Notes: generated by a model from the sequence alone, not told the origin. A DNA stretch of 64,000 nucleotides from Betaproteobacteria bacterium (GCA_025363435.1 JANYDY010000012.1:3091-67090), one strand, 5' to 3'; positions 44,005-53,370 are shown, counted from the first letter of the stretch. Translations and numbers: made by a program.

Positions 44005-44913
44005 GTGATCGAACGCCAATCCGCCAAGCTGCGTGCGCTGCTGCGCGCAAAAACGTTTTTGCACATGCCCTCGGTCTACAACGTGATCGGCGCGCGCCTC
44101 GTTGAATCGCTTGGTTTCGAGGCAGTCTACATCGGCGGTTACGTGACGGGCGGATCGACCGCGATCACCGAACCGCTGCTGACCATGAACGAACAGATCG
44201 ATCCGGCGCGCCATATCGCGCAGAACGTCAATATTCCGCTGATCGCCGATGCCGGCTCCGGTTGGGGCGAGCCGATACATACGATGCGCACCATGCGCGA
44301 ATTCATCCGCGCCGGTGTGGCCGGCATCCATATAGAGGACGCGCTCTATCCGAAGCGCGCGCACTATCACAAGTACGTGGTGCACGGCGTGCCGGTTGAG
44401 GAATTCGTCGAGAAAGTCGAATATTCATGCAAGGAACGCGACCGTAGCGATCCCGATTTCGTGGTGATTGCACGCACCGACACCTGCCGCGCCCTCGGTC
44501 TCGAAGAGGCAAGCATGCGTTTGAACCGCGCCGCCGATGTCGGCGCCGATCTCGGCCTGCTGTTTCCGCGCACGCCGCAGGAAGCCGAAGACGCGCCGAA
44601 AAAATGCCGACTGCCGCTGGTCTACGTGCAAAGCCGCGGCAACCGCGATGGCCGCCCCATCATTTCGCGCAAGGATCTGCAGCAGATGGGCTACATCGGC
44701 TGCATCGAGGCACAGGTCACGCTGTGCACGGAATTTCATTTCCTCAAGCAAGCCTTGACCGAGCTGCGCAAAACCGGCGACTACACCGGCATGACAAACG
44801 CCGAATACGTGGCCGCGCGCCAGGCAGTCGAAGACCTGATCGGGCTTGATGAGTACTACGAGATCGAAGCAAAAACGGTCGAAGCGCGCCAGGCGAAGGA
44901 TCAGACATCTTGA
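44005..44913 (+). CDS. Isocitrate lyase/PEP mutase superfamily protein, divergent active site (no loop Cys)
   Basis: 302-aa ORF with a GTG start after GAGGAG. ADAGSGWG replaces ADADTGYG, and EDALYPKRAHYH replaces EDQVWPKRCGH of the paralog at 10776..11672. Confidence 0.8.
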   Translation: MIERQSAKLRALLRAKTFLHMPSVYNVIGARLVESLGFEAVYIGGYVTGGSTAITEPLLTMNEQIDPARHIAQNVNIPLIADAGSGWGEPIHTMRTMREFIRAGVAGIHIEDALYPKRAHYHKYVVHGVPVEEFVEKVEYSCKERDRSDPDFVVIARTDTCRALGLEEASMRLNRAADVGADLGLLFPRTPQEAEDAPKKCRLPLVYVQSRGNRDGRPIISRKDLQQMGYIGCIEAQVTLCTEFHFLKQALTELRKTGDYTGMTNAEYVAARQAVEDLIGLDEYYEIEAKTVEARQAKDQTS

Positions 44914-45791
44914 CTGCCGCGATACGCCAGCCGGATATACCGGCGCCGGTCGCCACTGCGCGCACGCCGAAAGTGCGTTTCCCGGCGAAATCCTGCGACT
45001 GCCACGCGCATATCTTCGGGCCGCAGGACCAATATCCGCTGCTGCCGAAAACGCACTTCGTGCCGCATGTGAATCCGCTCGCCGATTACGTAGGCATGCT
45101 CGGCATCCTCGGCTGCGAACGCGGAGTGCTGGTGCAGCCTTCGGTTTACGGCCCGGACAACTCGCTGATCATCGAAGCGCTTGAAGCAAAAACTTTCGAT
45201 CTGCGCGCAATCGCTGTCGTCGCTGCCGATATCAGCGACCGCGAACTCGAAGACCTGCATGCGGTTGGTTTTCGCGGCATCCGCATCAACACCGCCTCTG
45301 GCACGCCCGGCCTCAAACTCGCCGACGCACCGCGTCTGGCCGAGCGCATCAAGCCGCTCGGCTGGCACCTGCAGTTCTACGTCGACCTGCGCGTGATGCC
45401 ACAGATCGAGCAGGAACTGGCAAAGCTATCGATCAATATAGTCATCGACCATTTCGCGCGCATCTCCACTACCGAAGGTCTGGAGGCGCCGGCGTTCAAA
45501 GCGCTGCTGCGGCTGGTAAACCGCGACAACTGCTGGGCCAAGCTGATGGGGCCCTACTTCATTTCAGACGACGCGCCGCGTTTCGCCGACACCACGCCGT
45601 TTGCGCAGGCCATGATCAAGGCGGCGCCTGATCGCCTCGTCTGGGGTTCCGACTGGCCGCATCCGAGCGCGCGCGAAAAACTGCCCGACGACGGCGATCT
45701 CGCCGATCTGCTGTTCGCATGGGCGCCGGACGAAGCGCGGCGTAAAAAAATTTTGGTCGAGAACCCACGCCGGCTTTACGGTTTCGAATAA
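44910..45791 (+). CDS. Amidohydrolase_2 family, LigI-like hydrolase, paralog B
   Basis: 293-aa ORF. The TTG start overlaps the previous stop (TTGA). Motifs SCDCHAHIF, IDHFA and WGSDWPHP. Confidence 0.8.
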   Translation: MTAAIRQPDIPAPVATARTPKVRFPAKSCDCHAHIFGPQDQYPLLPKTHFVPHVNPLADYVGMLGILGCERGVLVQPSVYGPDNSLIIEALEAKTFDLRAIAVVAADISDRELEDLHAVGFRGIRINTASGTPGLKLADAPRLAERIKPLGWHLQFYVDLRVMPQIEQELAKLSINIVIDHFARISTTEGLEAPAFKALLRLVNRDNCWAKLMGPYFISDDAPRFADTTPFAQAMIKAAPDRLVWGSDWPHPSAREKLPDDGDLADLLFAWAPDEARRKKILVENPRRLYGFE

Positions 45792-45840
45792 GCGCAGTCG
45801 CAGCACCGCAATTTACGCACGATGCACAGAGGAGAATGCC

Positions 45841-46806
45841 ATGAAGCTCATCCGCCTGTTACTGCTGCTGGTCATCACGTTGTGCGCCGCCGGAATTCAC
45901 GCGCAACAATATCCGACAAAAACTATCCGTTTTATCGTCGGCTTCCCGCCCGGCGGCGGCACCGACATTGTCACGCGCATCGCCGCCGCCAAGCTGACCG
46001 AAGCCTGGGGCCAGCAGGTGGTGGTGGACAACCGTCCCGGCGCCACCGGCATGATCGCCGCCAATCTGGTCGCCAAATCGCCGCCCGACGGCTACACGCT
46101 GCTCACCGCACACGTGAACTCGCAGGCAATCGCGCCGAATGCGACCTCGAAACCGCTCTATGATCCGACGCGCGATTTTGCCTACGTCGCCTATTTCGGC
46201 TACGCGCCCAACGTGCTGGTGATACGCCCGAGTACGCCGGCGAAGAACGTAAAGGAACTGATCGCGATGGCGAAAACGCATCCGGGCCAGCTCACCTTCG
46301 CCTCACCCGGCGTCGGCAGCACCAACCACCTCGCCGGCGAGATGTTTCGCCTCGCTACCGGCATCGACATCGTGCACATTCCCTACAAGGGCAGCGTGCC
46401 GGCGATCATCGACCTCTTGTCCGGTCAGGTCGGCATGAACTTCGACACCCTGTCGTCAGTCGCGGCCTACCTGCAAAGCGGGCGCATGCGCGCGCTCGCC
46501 GTCACCACGCCCAAGCGCGACATGCAACTGCCCGAAGTGCCGACGCTGATCGAACTCGGCATCAAGAATTTCGAAGTCACCAACTGGTACGGCGTCGCCG
46601 CCCCCGCCGGCACGCCACCGGAGATCGTTAACAAGCTCAATGCCGAAATCAACCGCATTCTCGACCTCAAGGATGTCATCGCGCGCTTCGACGAACTCGG
46701 CACGCGACGCAATCTGATGTCGCCCGAGCAATTCGCCGCGTTTCAGCGCGCCGAGCTGGCGAAGTACAAGGAAGTGGTGACGCGGGCCGGGGTACGGATG
46801 GAGTAA
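45841..46806 (+). CDS. Bug/TctC-family periplasmic solute receptor (paralog 6)
   Basis: 321-aa ORF. Signal peptide MKLIRLLLLLVITLCAAGIHA. Motifs YPTKTIRFIVGFPPGGGTDIVTR and VHIPYKGSVPAIIDLLSGQV. Confidence 0.9.
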   Translation: MKLIRLLLLLVITLCAAGIHAQQYPTKTIRFIVGFPPGGGTDIVTRIAAAKLTEAWGQQVVVDNRPGATGMIAANLVAKSPPDGYTLLTAHVNSQAIAPNATSKPLYDPTRDFAYVAYFGYAPNVLVIRPSTPAKNVKELIAMAKTHPGQLTFASPGVGSTNHLAGEMFRLATGIDIVHIPYKGSVPAIIDLLSGQVGMNFDTLSSVAAYLQSGRMRALAVTTPKRDMQLPEVPTLIELGIKNFEVTNWYGVAAPAGTPPEIVNKLNAEINRILDLKDVIARFDELGTRRNLMSPEQFAAFQRAELAKYKEVVTRAGVRME

Positions 46807-46855
46807 AGGTAGGCCGCCGTTGTTCTCTGCATTGAACTCGACCGCGCAGGGCACC

Positions 46856-46885
46856 GTAGGGCGGATAAGCGCAGCGCCATCCGCC
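46856..46885. repeat. REP-like unit, family 2, copy A (gtagggcggataagcgcagcgccatccgcc)
   Basis: Internal 7-bp stem GGCGGAT/ATCCGCC. An inverted partner lies 30 nt downstream. Confidence 0.8.
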
Positions 46886-46915
46886 GCATGGATATTCGCT
46901 TTGTAGAGCACTTCC

Positions 46916-46945
46916 GGCGGAAGGCGCTGCGCTTTTCCGCCCTAC
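46916..46945. repeat. REP-like unit, family 2, copy B (inverted orientation)
   Basis: The reverse complement is gtagggcggaaaagcgcagcgccttccgcc. That is 28/30 identical to copy A, and the two differences are base-pair partners. Confidence 0.8.
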
Positions 46946-46951
46946 AAAAAA

Positions 46952-49555
46952 TCAGAGCTTTTGCTCTACCCAGGCCGCAACCGACTTCAATGCCTCAGGC
47001 AGCTTCGACGCATCGGTGCCGCCGGCCTGCGCCATATCGGGACGCCCGCCGCCCTTGCCGCCGACCTGCTGGGCGACGAAGTTGACGAGTTCGCCGGCTT
47101 TCACTTTTGAAGTGAGATCGGCGCTGACGCCGGCAATCAATGCGACCTTGCCGCCGTCAACCGCCGACAGCAACAGCACACAGGATTTCAATTTGTCTTT
47201 GAGCTTGTCCATCGCTTCGCGCAACGCTTTTGAGTCCGCACCTTCCATCTGTGCGGCGAGCACCTTGACGCCCTTGATCTCGACTGCCTGCCCGGCGAGG
47301 TCATCGCCCTGGCTGGAAGCGAGTTTCGATTTGAGGCGTGCGAGTTCCTTCTCGAGGTTCTTCACGTTCTCAACGATCTGGCCGATTTTTTGCGTCACTT
47401 CGGACACCGGTGCTTTTAGCGCGGCGGCCGCCTGCTGCAGGCTGTCTTCCTGACGCTGCACGAGGGCCAATGCGCCTTCGCCCGTGGTTGCTTCAACGCG
47501 GCGTATCCCGGCGGCAACGCCGCCTTCGGAAATGATCTTGAACAGGCCGATGTCCCCGGTGCGCGCAACGTGGGTGCCGCCGCAGAGCTCGCGCGACGAG
47601 CCGATGTCGAGCACGCGCACTTCCTCGCCGTATTTCTCGCCAAACAGCGCCATCGCGCCGACCTTGGCCGCCTCGTCGAATTTCATGACGCGCGCGCTGG
47701 TCGCCGCGTTGGCGAGGATTTCCGCGTTAACGATGGTTTCGACCTTGCGGATTTCCACAGCCGTCATCGGCGCGTTATGCGAAAAATCGAAACGCGTTTT
47801 CTCGGCATCAACGAGAGAACCTTTTTGCGCCACATGTGAACCCAACACTTCGCGCAGCGCCTTGTGCATCAGATGCGTCGCCGAGTGATTACGCATGGTG
47901 CGCGCGCGCGACGCCGTATCAACCTGCCCTTTCAGCGTGTCGCCTACGGCCAGCCGCCCGGTGTGCAGCACACCGTGATGTCCGAACACTTCGGGCTGGA
48001 TTTTCTGCGTGTCGGAGACGTGAAAGGTGCCGTGCGTGGCGATCAACTGCCCGCGATCGCCGACCTGGCCGCCGGATTCAGCGTAGAACGGCGTTTTGTC
48101 GAGCACGATGATCGCGGTGTCGCCGGCTTCGATCGCCTCAACTGCCGAGCCGCCTTTGTAGATGGCGACGATAGTGCCGTCGATTGCCAGCGTGTCGTAA
48201 CCGTGGAATTCGGTTTTGTTGCCGCGGTATTCCACTGAAGTCTGGCCGCCGAACTTGGAAGCCGCGCGTGCGCGTTCGCGCTGTTGCCCCATCGCCGCTT
48301 CGAAACCGGCGAAATCGACCGTAATGCCACGCTCGCGTGCAATGTCGGCTGTCAGATCGAGCGGAAAGCCGAAAGTATCGTAGAGCCGGAACACGGTGTC
48401 GCCGTCGAGCATCTTGTCTTCGGACTGTAGCGCGCCTTCGAGCACCGCCATGCCGTTCTCCAGTGTTTCGGCAAAGCGCTCTTCTTCCTGCTTCAACACC
48501 TGCGCGACACGCTCGCCCGCTTTGACCAGCTCGGGATAGGCCGCGCCCATCTCCTTGACCAGATCCGGCACGATCTTGTGAAAGAAGGTTTTTTTCTGAC
48601 CGAGTTTGTAGCCGTGGCGAATGGCGCGGCGCACGATGCGACGCAACACATAACCGCGGCCTTCGTTACCGGGAATCACGCCGTCGACGATCAGGAAGGA
48701 ACAGGCACGGATGTGATCGGCGATCACCTTCAGCGAATTATTGTCGAGATCGCGGCAGGCGGTTTCGCGCGCCGCCGCCTTGATCAACTGCTGAAACAGA
48801 TCGATTTCGTAATTCGAGTGCACGCCCTGCAGCACCGCCGCAATGCGCTCAAGGCCCATACCGGTGTCGACCGACGGTTTCGGCAGCGGATGCAGTTTGC
48901 CCGACTCGTCGCGGTTGAACTGCATGAAGACCAAGTTCCAGATTTCGATGTAGCGATCGCCGTCGGCTTCCGGCGTGCCGGGCGGGCCGCCCGGAATATC
49001 AGGGCCGTGATCGTAAAAAATTTCACTGCACGGGCCGCAGGGGCCGGTTTCGCCCATCTGCCAGAAGTTGTCAGAACCGCCGCCCGGTTTGTCGCCGATG
49101 CGCGTAATGCGCTCGCGCGGTACGCGAATTTCGTTGGCCCACAGATTGTAGGCTTCGTCGTCAGTCTCGTAGACAGTGACCCAGAGTTTTTCTTTTGGCA
49201 ATTTATAAACGACTGTCAGCAATTCCCATGCGAAATGGATCGCATCCTTCTTGAAATAATCACCGAAGCTGAAATTGCCGAGCATTTCGAAAAAGGTATG
49301 GTGGCGCGCCGTGTAGCCGACGTTTTCCAGATCATTGTGTTTGCCGCCGGCACGCACGCAGCGCTGCGAAGTGGTGGCGCGTTTGTAATCGCGCTGCTCG
49401 TGGCCGAGAAACAGGTCCTTGAACTGCACCATGCCGGCGTTGGTGAAAAGCAGCGTCGGATCGTTGCCTGGCACGAGCGGGCTGGAGGCGACGATGGCGT
49501 GGCCCTTGCTCTTGAAGTAGTCGAGAAACTGCTGGCGGATTTCGCTGCTTTTCAT
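46952..49555 (-). CDS. alaS: Alanine--tRNA ligase
   Basis: 867-aa ORF. Motifs [10 protein letters not shown], the HxxxH...CxxxH editing-domain region ([13 protein letters not shown]), and a C-terminal DHHA1 domain. Confidence 0.97.
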   Translation of the reverse strand: MKSSEIRQQFLDYFKSKGHAIVASSPLVPGNDPTLLFTNAGMVQFKDLFLGHEQRDYKRATTSQRCVRAGGKHNDLENVGYTARHHTFFEMLGNFSFGDYFKKDAIHFAWELLTVVYKLPKEKLWVTVYETDDEAYNLWANEIRVPRERITRIGDKPGGGSDNFWQMGETGPCGPCSEIFYDHGPDIPGGPPGTPEADGDRYIEIWNLVFMQFNRDESGKLHPLPKPSVDTGMGLERIAAVLQGVHSNYEIDLFQQLIKAAARETACRDLDNNSLKVIADHIRACSFLIVDGVIPGNEGRGYVLRRIVRRAIRHGYKLGQKKTFFHKIVPDLVKEMGAAYPELVKAGERVAQVLKQEEERFAETLENGMAVLEGALQSEDKMLDGDTVFRLYDTFGFPLDLTADIARERGITVDFAGFEAAMGQQRERARAASKFGGQTSVEYRGNKTEFHGYDTLAIDGTIVAIYKGGSAVEAIEAGDTAIIVLDKTPFYAESGGQVGDRGQLIATHGTFHVSDTQKIQPEVFGHHGVLHTGRLAVGDTLKGQVDTASRARTMRNHSATHLMHKALREVLGSHVAQKGSLVDAEKTRFDFSHNAPMTAVEIRKVETIVNAEILANAATSARVMKFDEAAKVGAMALFGEKYGEEVRVLDIGSSRELCGGTHVARTGDIGLFKIISEGGVAAGIRRVEATTGEGALALVQRQEDSLQQAAAALKAPVSEVTQKIGQIVENVKNLEKELARLKSKLASSQGDDLAGQAVEIKGVKVLAAQMEGADSKALREAMDKLKDKLKSCVLLLSAVDGGKVALIAGVSADLTSKVKAGELVNFVAQQVGGKGGGRPDMAQAGGTDASKLPEALKSVAAWVEQKL

Positions 49556-49686
49556 GGGAGTGACACCGGAATTCGGGAAAGCGCGATTTTAAACCGGTCT
49601 TTGCGGAAATGGCGTGGAAAATCAAACCTCCACGGCCTGCGCACCCTCTATGTGCGCGTGCTTCGGCGCGGAGCAAAAATATCCAC

Positions 49687-49709
49687 CAAGGTCACAAGAT
49701 GTGACCTTG
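49687..49709 (-). terminator. Perfect 10-bp palindrome after recX; probable recA-recX terminator
   Basis: caaggtcaca-aga-tgtgaccttg lies 8 nt past the recX stop. On the minus strand it is followed by GTGGATATTTTTG. Confidence 0.55.
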
Positions 49710-49716
49710 AACCGCG

Positions 49717-50232
49717 TCAATCGCCGTCTGCGCCCGCGATCACCTTGCGGATGATGTCCAGACTGAAGCCGCGCCCCTGCAGAAAACGCATCTGGCGCGC
49801 CTTGTCCTTCGCATTCGCCGGCGGATCGGGAAATTTCCGCCGCCAGATCTCGCGCGCCGACTCCAGTTCGCTCTCTTTCAGCGATTCGCGCGCGCCGGCG
49901 ATGGCGTCGTCCGATAGCCCCTTCTGGCGCAGTTCCTGGGTGATTTTTTGTGTGCCGAAGCGGCGGCGCCGCGACGCCATGACCTGCTCGACCACGCGCT
50001 TCTCCGACAACCAGCCGCGCTGCTCGAAGTCTTCAATCAGCGGCGGAATTTCGTCCGGGTCTTCGGTGTATTGCAGGAGCCGGCGCGCCAGCTCCTGCTT
50101 CGAGTACTCGCGCCGCGCGAGCAGGCTCAAGGCCTGCGCGCGCAGGCTCGCGCCGGTCTTACTCTTCTTCGGCGGCGGCGGCTGGTTTGGATCCACCGGC
50201 AGCTCCAACCGCCGTAACGCCCAGCGCGGCAC
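49717..50232 (-). CDS. recX: RecA regulator RecX (start uncertain; overlaps the recA 3' end)
   Basis: The conserved N-terminal segment [24 protein letters not shown] starts a few codons (10 nt) past the recA stop. The in-frame GTG codons I found lie at 50232 and 50199, both inside recA. Confidence 0.8.
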   Translation of the reverse strand: MPRWALRRLELPVDPNQPPPPKKSKTGASLRAQALSLLARREYSKQELARRLLQYTEDPDEIPPLIEDFEQRGWLSEKRVVEQVMASRRRRFGTQKITQELRQKGLSDDAIAGARESLKESELESAREIWRRKFPDPPANAKDKARQMRFLQGRGFSLDIIRKVIAGADGD

Positions 50233-51214
50233 GGATCTTGGCGTCGATCTCGTTTGCCATTTCCGGATGATCTTTCAGATAGTCGCGCGTGTTGTCCTTG
50301 CCTTGGCCGATGCGTTCCTTGCCGTAGCTGTACCAGGCGCCGGATTTATCGACGATCTTCTGTTCGACGCCAAGCTCGATGATTTCGCCCTCGCGCGAAA
50401 TGCCCTCGCCATAGAGAATGTCGAAATTGGCCTGCTTGAACGGCGGCGCCACCTTGTTCTTGACGACCTTGGCGCGCGTTTCCGAGCCGATGACTTCTTC
50501 GCCCTTCTTGATCGCGCCGGTGCGACGGATATCGATACGCACCGAAGCGTAGAACTTCAGCGCGTTGCCGCCGGTAGTGGTTTCCGGGTTGCCGAACATC
50601 ACGCCGATCTTCATACGGATCTGGTTGATGAAGATCACCATCGTGTTCGAACGGCTGATGTTGCCGGTGAGCTTGCGCAGCGCCTGCGACATCAAACGCG
50701 CATGCAGTCCCATCTGCGGCTGGCCCATTTCGCCTTCGATTTCGGATTTCGGCGTCAGTGCCGCCACCGAGTCGACGACAACGATATCGACCGAGCCGGA
50801 ACGCACCAGCATGTCGGCGATTTCGAGTCCTTGCTCGCCGTTGTCCGGTTGCGAGATCAGCAGTTCCTGCACATTAACGCCGAGTTTCTGCGCGTATTGC
50901 GGATCGAGCGCGTGTTCGGCATCAATAAAGGCCGCAGTGCCGCCCAACTTCTGCATCTGCGCGATCACTGATAGCGTCAGCGTGGTTTTACCCGACGATT
51001 CCGGACCGTAAATTTCGATGATGCGGCCGCGCGGCAGGCCGCCGACACCCAGCGCGATATCGAGCCCGAGCGAACCGGTCGAGCAAACCTGAATGTCCCT
51101 CGCCACATCGGCTTCGCCGAGCCGCATGATAGAGCCCTTGCCGAACTGCTTTTCGATTTGCGACAGCGCCGCTGCCAGTGCCTTGTTTCTGTTTTCGTCC
51201 ATGATATGTCCCAT
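50159..51214 (-). CDS. recA: Recombinase RecA
   Basis: Motifs GPESSGKTT (Walker A) and [10 protein letters not shown] prefer the ATG at 51214, 5 nt after GGAGG. The ATG at 51202 is also possible. Confidence 0.97.
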   Translation of the reverse strand: MGHIMDENRNKALAAALSQIEKQFGKGSIMRLGEADVARDIQVCSTGSLGLDIALGVGGLPRGRIIEIYGPESSGKTTLTLSVIAQMQKLGGTAAFIDAEHALDPQYAQKLGVNVQELLISQPDNGEQGLEIADMLVRSGSVDIVVVDSVAALTPKSEIEGEMGQPQMGLHARLMSQALRKLTGNISRSNTMVIFINQIRMKIGVMFGNPETTTGGNALKFYASVRIDIRRTGAIKKGEEVIGSETRAKVVKNKVAPPFKQANFDILYGEGISREGEIIELGVEQKIVDKSGAWYSYGKERIGQGKDNTRDYLKDHPEMANEIDAKIRAALGVTAVGAAGGSKPAAAAEEE

Positions 51215-51329
51215 GTAAGCCTCCAAAGATTATCGCACACTCGCTACCGACAACGCGGCGTGTAGGTGCGCAGATGACGTCTAGTCCTTCAGTAGTAAAT
51301 ATGCACACTGGGTCGCATGATGAGCTACC

Positions 51330-51352
51330 ACTGGCTCACCAAATGAGCCAGT
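51330..51352 (-). terminator. 9-bp hairpin after cinA (no U-tract)
   Basis: actggctca-ccaaa-tgagccagt lies 12 nt past the cinA stop and upstream of the recA promoter region. Confidence 0.3.
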
Positions 51353-51364
51353 CAACGGAAGCCG

Positions 51365-51856
51365 TTACCCGCCCGCGGCGAGTTCGAGCACGCCGGCGAG
51401 CGCCCGGATCACGCTTTGCCGCCGCACCGCCTCACGATCGCCGGCAAAAAGCTGCGTTTCTGCATACGGTTCGGCGCCCTTCCGCGCCCAACCTATACAG
51501 ACGGTGCCGACCGGCTTCTCTTTGGTGCCGCCGGTGGGCCCTGCCACGCCGCTGACCGACACCGCAATCTGCGCGCCGCTGGCCACCAGCGCGCCGGCGG
51601 CCATTTCACGCACCGTCGCCTCGGACACCGCACCGTGCTCGCGCAACGTCGCCGCCTTGACCCCCAGCATCTGCTGCTTGGCGGTATTGGTATAAGTAAT
51701 GAAGCCGCGGTCGTACCAGGTCGAACTGCCCGAAATCATGGTCACCACTTCGCCGATCCAGCCGCCGGTGCACGATTCCGCGGTCGCCAGCACCAGTGAT
51801 TTCTCTTTCAGTGCGTGACCAACCCGTTCCGACAATTCGTACAGTTCGCGATCCAT
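51365..51856 (-). CDS. pncC: CinA-family nicotinamide-nucleotide amidohydrolase (PncC domain only)
   Basis: ORF 51365..52093. The ATG at 51856 gives 163 aa starting MDRELYELSERVGHALKEKSLVLATAESCTGGW. Confidence 0.85.
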   Translation of the reverse strand: MDRELYELSERVGHALKEKSLVLATAESCTGGWIGEVVTMISGSSTWYDRGFITYTNTAKQQMLGVKAATLREHGAVSEATVREMAAGALVASGAQIAVSVSGVAGPTGGTKEKPVGTVCIGWARKGAEPYAETQLFAGDREAVRRQSVIRALAGVLELAAGG

Positions 51857-51861
51857 CGCCT

Positions 51862-52332
51862 TCACTCCGCAATCACGCTGCGCGCAATCGCCAGCACGAT
51901 GAGCGTATAAAACGCCGCCAGCAGATCGTCGAACATCACGCCAAAACCGCTCTTCCACTTGCGGTCGAAATAACGGATCGGTGGCGGCTTCACGATATCG
52001 AAAAAACGAAACAGCAGAAAAGCGAACACCTGCCAGACAAAGCCCATCGGCGTAAAAAACAAAACCAGCATAAACGCGGCGATCTCGTCCCAAACGATAG
52101 CGCCGGGATCGGCCACACCGAGATCATTGGCAGTGCGCGCGCAGACCCAGATGCCAAAGACAAATGCGAAGGCGATCAGCGCCAGTTGTTGCGGCATCGT
52201 GCAATAGCTGACCAGCAAGGCATAGAGCGGGAATGCCAGCAGAGTACCGGCGGTGCCGGGTGCGCCGCGTACCAGCCCGGTGCCGGCGCCGAGCGCAAAA
52301 AAATGCGCCGGATGGCCGAGCATGAATGCCAT
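51862..52332 (-). CDS. pgpA: Phosphatidylglycerophosphatase A
   Basis: ORF 51862..52413. The ATG at 52332 lies 20 nt past the thiL stop. Motif GAIVWDEIAAF and hydrophobic segments. Confidence 0.85.
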   Translation of the reverse strand: MAFMLGHPAHFFALGAGTGLVRGAPGTAGTLLAFPLYALLVSYCTMPQQLALIAFAFVFGIWVCARTANDLGVADPGAIVWDEIAAFMLVLFFTPMGFVWQVFAFLLFRFFDIVKPPPIRYFDRKWKSGFGVMFDDLLAAFYTLIVLAIARSVIAE

Positions 52333-52351
52333 CGTCAGATTGTTGGGGCGC

Positions 52352-53323
52352 TCAGACAAAATGGTCAAAGCCTCCGCTGCCGGCAAGCCGTAGCGGTGTG
52401 CCGTCGGGCGCACGCACCAGCAAAGGCGGCACGCCGCGCGCGCGCGCCTTGATATGACCGACCGGCGTTACGCGCACGCCGGCACGTCGTGCTGCTGCGA
52501 GCACGCGCGCGCGATTGCGCACCGGCGCGGTGAAACACAATTCGTAATCGTCGCCACCGGCCAGCAACGCGCGGCACGCTACGACACTGTCGAGATGGCG
52601 GCACAACAAGGGCGAAGCGGGCAATGCAGCGAATTCGATTTCGGCAGCGCGTTTGGAGCGTTCGAGAATGTGACCGAGATCGGCGAGCAGGCCATCCGAA
52701 ATATCGATCGCGCTGCTGGCAATACCGCGCAGCGCGAGGCCCAGCGCAATACGCGGCTGCGGTTTGTGCAAGCGTGTTGCGCAGGCGGCGAGTTCGGTAC
52801 GCGTGAGTTTTATTTTTTTCTGCAATGCGGCCAGCGCGAGTGCCGCGTCGCCGATGCGGCCTGACACCCAGATGTCGTCGTCAACGCGTGCGCCGTCGCG
52901 CCGCAATGCCTTGCCCTGCGGCACTTCACCCATGATCTGCACGCAGATGTTGAGCGGACCGCGCGTGGTATCGCCGCCAATCAGATCAACCTTGTAACGC
53001 CGTGCGAGAGCCATGAAGCCGGCGGAAAATTCGCGCAGCCAGCGCGCATCGACGTGCGGCAAGGCCAGCGCCAGCGTCGCCCAGCGCGGTGTTGCGCTCA
53101 TTGCCGCCATGTCCGAGAGATTCACCGCCAGCGCCTTGTGACCGAGCGCGCGCGCATCGGCACCGCGAAAAAAATGCCGACCTTCGACCAGCATGTCCGC
53201 AGAGATTGCCAGCTCGCAGCCGCGCCGCACCCGCGTCAGCGCGCAATCGTCACCGACACCGAGCACCGCACCGGGCGCCGGATGCGTGAAGTAGCGCGTT
53301 ATCAGTTCGAATTCGGCGCTCAT
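52352..53323 (-). CDS. thiL: Thiamine-monophosphate kinase
   Basis: 323-aa ORF. Motifs GVGDDCAL and GGDTTRGPL (PurM-like fold). Confidence 0.9.
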   Translation of the reverse strand: MSAEFELITRYFTHPAPGAVLGVGDDCALTRVRRGCELAISADMLVEGRHFFRGADARALGHKALAVNLSDMAAMSATPRWATLALALPHVDARWLREFSAGFMALARRYKVDLIGGDTTRGPLNICVQIMGEVPQGKALRRDGARVDDDIWVSGRIGDAALALAALQKKIKLTRTELAACATRLHKPQPRIALGLALRGIASSAIDISDGLLADLGHILERSKRAAEIEFAALPASPLLCRHLDSVVACRALLAGGDDYELCFTAPVRNRARVLAAARRAGVRVTPVGHIKARARGVPPLLVRAPDGTPLRLAGSGGFDHFV

Positions 53324-53330
53324 GGTTACG

Positions 53331-53370
53331 CCTCACCCCCACCCTGGCTCTCCCCCGTCAAGGGGGAGGG
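53331..53370. repeat. REP-like palindromic element, family 1, copy 2 (outer arm truncated)
   Basis: cctcacccccaccctgg-ctctccccc-gtcaa-gggggaggg forms a 9-bp stem including one G-U pair. Intergenic between thiL and the small membrane ORF. Confidence 0.7.

Noticed and set aside
46888-47085. Small ORFs overlapping the REP-containing gaps (46888..47085, 41092..41274, 53322..53522)
   Set aside because: They are translations of palindromic repeats and gene ends. They lack an RBS and overlap supported genes.
48578-50971. 797-aa plus-strand ORF spanning alaS, recX and recA in antisense
   Set aside because: It crosses three well-supported minus-strand genes and their intergenic gap. The translation is Arg/Ala/Gly-rich and low in complexity, with no motif. 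This is a typical stop-poor shadow frame in GC-rich DNA.
51289-51309. CAGT-N13-ACTG upstream of recA as an SOS box
   Set aside because: The orientation and spacing do not match CTGT-N8-ACAG. It is kept only as a note within the finding on the missing LexA box.
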